NCBI GenBank assembly: GCA_050575255.1
Contig: JBNZDD010013610.1
Location: 1,162,366-1,226,365, forward strand
From: Harriotta raleighana
Taxonomy: Eukaryota
Direction of reading: 5' to 3'
Length of the DNA stretch: 64,000 bases
This document shows positions 56,864 to 64,000 of the stretch, piece by piece. The notes below the pieces were generated by a model, which was given only the letters and a program-made list of their open reading frames with translations, was not told where the DNA came from and did no database searches. Numbering within the stretch: the stretch's first letter is position 1; the number at the start of each line of letters is the position of its first letter. The position numbers were made by a program, and so were the translations under genes.

Positions 56864-59800
56864 AAGAATAATAAAGAAATGATCAATAGTTTACATGGTG
56901 ACAAGATCTAATGCGTGTGCTCCACTGAGTATTTTCTTTCATCCTTATTACTTTAAAAAAAAGTTGATAACCTTGCTGATATAAGCTGAATAAGCAAGCA
57001 ATTTCTATCATTGAGTGCATTCCACTTTCCCTGAGCTAAAAATAATAATCTATTGAACCAAAACAGTTTGAAGGAAGTACAAAAACTTGCCTCCTTCCTT
57101 GCTCACAGTATCATTAAGCTATTAATAATAAGCCTATAGTAATAATAAGCCCTCAATTTGGTATATCTGGAGGATATCACTTCAAAGGATAAGTTGTAAA
57201 ATTCAGTGATTATGTGCTCGATGGACAAATTAATTTGCAGACACAAAACCTGTGATTTAAAAAAAAATGAACACAGCACCAAACAACTTTTTCTGGAAGG
57301 CAGAGTATTTTATTTAAAGAAATGATCTTTTCTTTTCATTTTCTATTTACTGACGGGGGCTTGACATCCTGTGAGTAAATTGTCCTAATGGCCTGGTCCA
57401 ACAGAGTTTTAATTTCCGTCAATGTCTTCTTGCAATCCAGAATGATTTGGAAGCTAAAGCTGAGAAAAGGAGTCACAGAAAAGCAAACAGACTATGGGAA
57501 AGTAAGCACCAACCAACAGCAGCGGGTCAGGGAGATTTTTGATCGTTATAGGTTCTAAATTGATCTGGTGATTTGGATGGGAAAAGGCACGAGTGGTCCT
57601 GTGGTGATGGTCTGCGCTGGAAGGAGATTTTAGACACTGTGTGCACTCAACCTACTCATGTTTCACTCCTCGCTGTTTAAAATGACAAGCTGACCATTTT
57701 TAACATTAGTTGGAGGATCCTGTCTGGAAACAGGGCCATTCTTCACAAGAAAAAAAGGAAAAGCTAGAAAAACAAACATGCGCTGTAATAACAATGACAG
57801 GAAAGCTCTATGCCCCTGAAATAGCCAATATAACTATGCACACAAATCTCGTAAACATGCTTGATTGTGCACATGAAATTGCAACTTATTTTGCAATTTT
57901 TAAAACAAAAATCAAAGGCTTTCTATTTATTTGTTGATGTCATTGTGACTCAAAGCTTGGTACAACAATGTCCCATAATGTTGGTGGCCTTTTTTTTTTG
58001 GAGACATTTATCTGCTTGCCAGAGGTCCTTAGCCACTCCGTGAATATCTATCAACTTGCGCAGACAACTCTTGCCTTTTAATCCCCAAGTACTAACATTA
58101 CTAATCAGCGTAATGGTCACCATAATCTTATGTTAATGTTTTCAGTTAATCGTTTAGCACAGTTTAGCCAATGATTATCTGAACTGTGACTTCATTAAGA
58201 GCGGATTTAGACTCAGAACTATCTATCAATAGTCCCACAGTCTTGGTTCCAAACAGAAAATCAATCTACAACAACAACATCGATTTATATAGCGCCCTCC
58301 ACGGACGGCATCTCAGAGCGTTTAAATCTAGAATTTATTCACCAAAGGTGCGAATTATCTTAACTAGCAAACATGATTTTTTCCTATTATTCTGAGTTGT
58401 ATCTAAATTATTTAGAGTTACAGTACATAGATAATGTTCAGCCTGCTCAGCGCACAAGTGATAGGACCTGGCGGGCGAATCCTTAGCCAAGTTTCCTGAC
58501 TCTACACGTCTCTATTCACCTTGCAGTAAGTAGGAACCCAGTTCTGGTCGTTTGGTGGATTACTTTTTCTTATTTAATAATCTTCCAAATGAAAAATTTG
58601 GTCACTCAATCCATGACAGTTTGTGGGACTTTATTGTACACATGTTGATGCTGTGTGTCACCCACATATTCACTGTCAACCACAATATGCGGTGAATCAC
58701 TGAAGCGCTATATCAAAATGCAAGGATTATAATTACCATTATTATTATCCAAATGATGACTATTAGAAGCAAAGTAATAATGCCTGAAGTATAGACAAAA
58801 AACGTAATTGTTCCAAGTGCGGCGCTATGGTGATCAGTTCATTTCTTTGCCCAGATGATCAGCCAAACAGAAAGTATTCACAAGAGCCGGACAGAAGTGG
58901 ACATCTGTGATAATCAGATCTTAAGGCCACCTCAGGCAGAAGTCATCTGTGCACATCAATGCAAAAAGTCACAGCATCATTCACCATATCTCTCTTCTCC
59001 AGTCCATTTCACTTGCCTGTGAAACGACACTTCTGTCAGCAGCCAGACACACACATTGGGGGATTGTCTTCTGCTCAGTTTGTCTAAATATCATTTTCAT
59101 TCAGTTCTGATGATGAAAATTCCAATATTTCATAATTCAAATAGGATAGTTTTATTCAGACTCCATTGCCGCTCGCAAAAGGGTTAAGGACTAAAGACTT
59201 CTTAACTGCAGTCAAATCTGATCTGATCTAAAACAAAATATGGTCCAAAGACTGTACGATGCTGGTAGTCAAATCATCAAACTTAACAGCACAACATTAC
59301 TCAGAACAACAATGATTTATTGGTTTATATAGTTCACTTCACATAGGATAATGTCTTGGAACGTTTCACAATGACAGGATTGGACACCGAGCAAGGAGAA
59401 AAGGAGAGGAGGACAAGGTCAAAAGTGTGTTGAGCAGATAGGTTTTAAGATGGGATTTAAAGATAGCGAGGGGGCAAGATGGAGGAATAGAAGCAGAGTA
59501 ACACAATTTTAACCCAACATTTTCTGGATGTTCTCTAGGTGATGTTTTCTCACTTAAAAGTAGATTAAAAGTTCCTCGAGAGTAAATTGAATCCACTTAT
59601 GGATTTTCCGTTTCACTTCAATGCCAATAAAACTGTAAGAGATTTCATTTATGAACGTCAGTCTTCTGATAGCCAGCATGCACTCCAGGGCTCTAATGTG
59701 ACCTTTCACCACTGTATCCTGCAGTACACAACAATAACCATTCCTCCCTAGCCCACAGTCATGGAACCAAATACTTCAGCAGCTGTCACTATCCAACACA

Positions 59801-60619
59801 TTGAGTATAAATTGATGTGTCAGTTTACTTCTGCAGTACAGATTCTGTTGTCTCTCATTTTCTCATGTGAAGTCTTTTGGTCATCACACAATGGACTCTT
59901 GCTGTTTACTAATTTAACGCACCGATATGTTTCCCTCTTGATATTGTTCATCATCTCCTTGCATGAGCTACTTACAGTACATAATAAATTTTATAAAATT
60001 TACACACTGGTGCATAATGTAACTTTCAAATATTTTATTTTAAAAAAGTTCAATTGCGATAGTCATTTAATCATTTAATATTGCTTATGCCAATACCTCC
60101 TTACAATAACATCTAAAATGATTTTAAAACATTGTCCCTCTTCACACGCGGGAAGGGTATGAGAGATTTGGGAATGAATGGCTCAGGTAATTTCAATAGG
60201 CCAAACTAGCACTGTACATTCCTATGATGCTTTGTAATAATAATCCTAGAATTTGATCTAGTGCCTTATCACGCCTTCGAAATGTCTTAAAGCGATTTGT
60301 AGAATATACTGTGGTGTGAATTGACTGCATACTTTGTGATTGACATACAAATACTTTGTGGTGACACACAGAATTAATGTCATGTTTGATATTACGGTGT
60401 AATGAAATGGATGGAGTCTTTGTACATATTTATTTATAGCGAACAACTGGGAGTCTGAAACCTTCCTGCTTAGTTCCTTTTTAATCTCTAAATGTGAGGT
60501 AGTTTCCAGCATTTGCCAAACAAACTCAACACATTTCATGGTCCATGGCATTCTCTTTACATGTGTTTCCACTTAGAGGGGTGATCTGCTGAGATCTGTG
60601 GGTCAAGCTTGCCACACTT

Positions 60620-63156
60620 GGGTAGACCTCTTCCTGGTGCAGAAAACAATGCAATCTTGTTGCAGAACGGCTGATAGAAGTCCACATCAGACTATAAATT
60701 TAGCGAATACAGATGTGCAGCAATAACAAGAGGAATCATGTTTCAGCATTATTCGTCATTGTGATCGACACATTTTCATTCCTCTCATCATCACCCAAAG
60801 TGATTGTAACCACCAACAAACAAAAAAAGCCTCAGAGTTTTCTGTGCTCAAAATACACGTTTGTGTTGTGAGAGCAAAGAGAAGAGTTCTTCTGCAGTGT
60901 AGACCCCAATGCACAAACACAGGCCATTAACGCCTAACACTGTCATTCGAAGATCCTACTATAGATTTTTAAAGGTGCATATGTTTGCCCTTTTGATTTC
61001 ATTTTGCTCTAATGCATTCTCTTGAAGCAATGAATCGTGTGGATGGATAATTTGCCCCGAAACTCTAGAACATTCTTCCTCTATCCCTCCGCATTGCCCC
61101 TTCCTTTCCCATCGACTGTGTTCCAGCACCTTGGGACATTCTCCTGACGTGAAAGGAGCTCTGTAAATGTAATTTTGTTGGTGTTACAGCCACCTCCCCA
61201 TCTCACTGGCTCGGATTTGTGCTCCACCGCTGTTAAGCCCTACCCTGCATGAGAGGTGCTGTATAAATGCAATCTGTTGTTGTTGTTGATTCCTCAAGGC
61301 TCCGGTAAATCACTTGCATTTGCCACACGTGGACACATATGTTACTGGACACAAGTGTCAAAAACGTTCACTATCTGACCAGCCATTCTCCTCAACTTTT
61401 ATTCACCAATGTACACTCCTAGGCATTGTTAGATCATGGATTTCTACTCCACTCAGTCTCTCAGTTGTAGCGTAGATAATATGACTGACATCAGCAAACA
61501 ACTCATTTGACAGTGATTGAACCTGGGACCTTTCCCATCCAGAGGGCTTGGTGCCAAAGCACGCAATGCAACTCATCCGTGAGTCATCACAGGGGAAATA
61601 CAGTACGGAATTTAGCTTTAAAAAGTTGCAGAATTTAGCTTAGCCGAATAAAATGTTACAGAAGCTGCCTTTGTCGGATAAAATTAATTGCAGATTTGGC
61701 ACATATTTTCAAATGAAGACTTTGACAGATCTGCCGAGTCAGTATCCTCTATTATCATTTGGCAAAGGCTGTTCGCCTCAGAATGATCTGCTAGCCACAG
61801 GTATAGACCTGTTCCAATGGATTTGTTCAGTTACCATCCCATTTCACTTGGCCAACTCAAATAAACTTGTTTCAACAAAACCCAATTNGGGTAGACCTCT
61901 TCCTGGTGCAGAAAACAATGCAATCTTGTTGCAGAACGGCTGATAGAAGTCCACATCAGACTATAAATTTAGCGAATACAGATGTGCAGCAATAACAAGA
62001 GGAATCATGTTTCAGCATTATTCGTCATTGTGATCGACACATTTTCATTCCTCTCATCATCACCCAAAGTGATTGTAACCACCAACAAACAAAAAAAGCC
62101 TCAGAGTTTTCTGTGCTCAAAATACACGTTTGTGTTGTGAGAGCAAAGAGAAGAGTTCTTCTGCAGTGTAGACCCCAATGCACAAACACAGGCCATTAAC
62201 GCCTAACACTGTCATTCGAAGATCCTACTATAGATTTTTAAAGGTGCATATGTTTGCCCTTTTGATTTCATTTTGCTCTAATGCATTCTCTTGAAGCAAT
62301 GAATCGTGTGGATGGATAATTTGCCCCGAAACTCTAGAACATTCTTCCTCTATCCCTCCGCATTGCCCCTTCCTTTCCCATCGACTGTGTTCCAGCACCT
62401 TGGGACATTCTCCTGACGTGAAAGGAGCTCTGTAAATGTAATTTTGTTGGTGTTACAGCCACCTCCCCATCTCACTGGCTCGGATTTGTGCTCCACCGCT
62501 GTTAAGCCCTACCCTGCATGAGAGGTGCTGTATAAATGCAATCTGTTGTTGTTGTTGATTCCTCAAGGCTCCGGTAAATCACTTGCATTTGCCACACGTG
62601 GACACATATGTTACTGGACACAAGTGTCAAAAACGTTCACTATCTGACCAGCCATTCTCCTCAACTTTTATTCACCAATGTACACTCCTAGGCATTGTTA
62701 GATCATGGATTTCTACTCCACTCAGTCTCTCAGTTGTAGCGTAGATAATATGACTGACATCAGCAAACAACTCATTTGACAGTGATTGAACCTGGGACCT
62801 TTCCCATCCAGAGGGCTTGGTGCCAAAGCACGCAATGCAACTCATCCGTGAGTCATCACAGGGGAAATACAGTACGGAATTTAGCTTTAAAAAGTTGCAG
62901 AATTTAGCTTAGCCGAATAAAATGTTACAGAAGCTGCCTTTGTCGGATAAAATTAATTGCAGATTTGGCACATATTTTCAAATGAAGACTTTGACAGATC
63001 TGCCGAGTCAGTATCCTCTATTATCATTTGGCAAAGGCTGTTCGCCTCAGAATGATCTGCTAGCCACAGGTATAGACCTGTTCCAATGGATTTGTTCAGT
63101 TACCATCCCATTTCACTTGGCCAACTCAAATAAACTTGTTTCAACAAAACCCAATT
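60620..63156. repeat. Apparently identical 1268-bp direct tandem duplication separated by a single N (likely assembly artefact)
   Basis: 60620-61887 repeated at 61889-63156 (offset 1269; identical ORFs at 61653 and 62922); N at 61888. Confidence 0.92.
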
Positions 63157-63250
63157 CATAAGAACATAAGAAATAGGAGCAGGAGTAGGTCATTCGGCCC
63201 ATCGAGCCTGTCCCGCCATTCAATCATGGCTGATATTCTACTCTAACTTC
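63157..63250 (-). mobile_element. CR1-type LINE 3' end fragment
   Basis: CATAAGAACATAAGAAATAGGAGCAGGAGTAGG..GCCATTCAATCATGGCTGAT, homologous to the CR1 end at 7388. Confidence 0.75.
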
Positions 63251-64000
63251 AGCTACCAATTCAATTAAATTCAAACATGTGGTAGTCAGGTTCTGTGGAT
63301 TGAGCAAGAATAATGGAAAAACTTTAGTGGACTTCAATCCTACTGAGAAAAGGTTAATTAATGTGAATTCCTGTTTAATTCTTTTTCACAAGAAAAAGTG
63401 GTATAAGCACTTGTGCCCCTTGCATCAATTAAAGGGAGAAATTAGGAACATATGGATGATCTATCCTCTTCAGAATCTTATGGATCAATCCAGTACTTGT
63501 ATTTAAAATTGTTCCTCACTCTGACTCTGCCAAAATACAATACAATTGACTTTGATGACTCAAAGTCCTTGGCGCTACTGCGCAATTTGAAAAGAAATTT
63601 GGAAGAAAAAAAATCCACTTTTGAAAGTAATCAAAATTCCATTCTAATTATGACATGTATTTATTGGGGGGGGGAAGAATACAAAGTACAGAATTATTAA
63701 TCACTGATCCCTGCTGTATCACCAAATCAGTACTTTTTTTTTTAGTTTATTGACATTGACCTTTGATGCCACTCATTACAAAGCACCACAAGAATAGACC
63801 ATTGAAATGATCTGGGCTATTCTCAAAGTTCAAAAAATGCAATGAAATACTCTCTCTCTCTCTTTTTCAAATACTGTACCCTTTGTTCACTTATTTAGCC
63901 AGACCTTTGATACTGATCTCTGCCTGCTATCTATCCTGTGACAGGTTAAGACGACAGGCTATGGATCGACCCTCCAACTGACTAAAGGCCTCTACAATGT

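Noticed and set aside
61653-63161. Two identical ORFs MLQKLPLSDKINC..
   Set aside because: Product of the probable assembly duplication; no domain or splice support.
53700-64000. Possible exons of a further gene or conserved non-coding elements (e.g. 57350-57700)
   Set aside because: No recognisable coding motif or consistent splice chain found by eye; conservation cannot be judged without alignments.

Overview
Eukaryotic (vertebrate) genomic DNA, most likely a cartilaginous fish such as a chimaera/elephant shark, judged from the dominant tRNA-headed Deu-core SINE with (ATT)n tail and shark-type CR1/L2/Penelope remnants. Six spliced protein-coding genes can be reconstructed with canonical GT-AG junctions and intact frames: BCO1/BCO1-like (+, 11 exons, 522 aa), CHMP1A (-, 7 exons, 198 aa), a 69-aa SPATA33-like microprotein missed by the ORF track (+, 2 exons), CDK10 (+, 13 exons, 360 aa), SPATA2L (-, 2 coding exons, 456 aa) and an uncharacterised atypical SDR/Rossmann-fold protein lacking the YxxxK catalytic motif (+, 6 exons, 243 aa). 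The CHMP1A-SPATA33-CDK10-SPATA2L order matches human 16q24.3. Most interesting: the non-canonical SDR, the minimal myristoylation + PxIxIT SPATA33 peptide, a TSD-flanked 67-bp hairpin element whose loop carries a degenerate hammerhead-ribozyme core, and a SPATA2L with SPATA2-like PIM and Cys-finger motifs. The 1268-bp duplication at 60620-63156 is probably an assembly artefact. Most ORF-track entries are SINE/LINE or intron noise. Comparisons with human/zebrafish proteins are from memory and need confirming by alignment.
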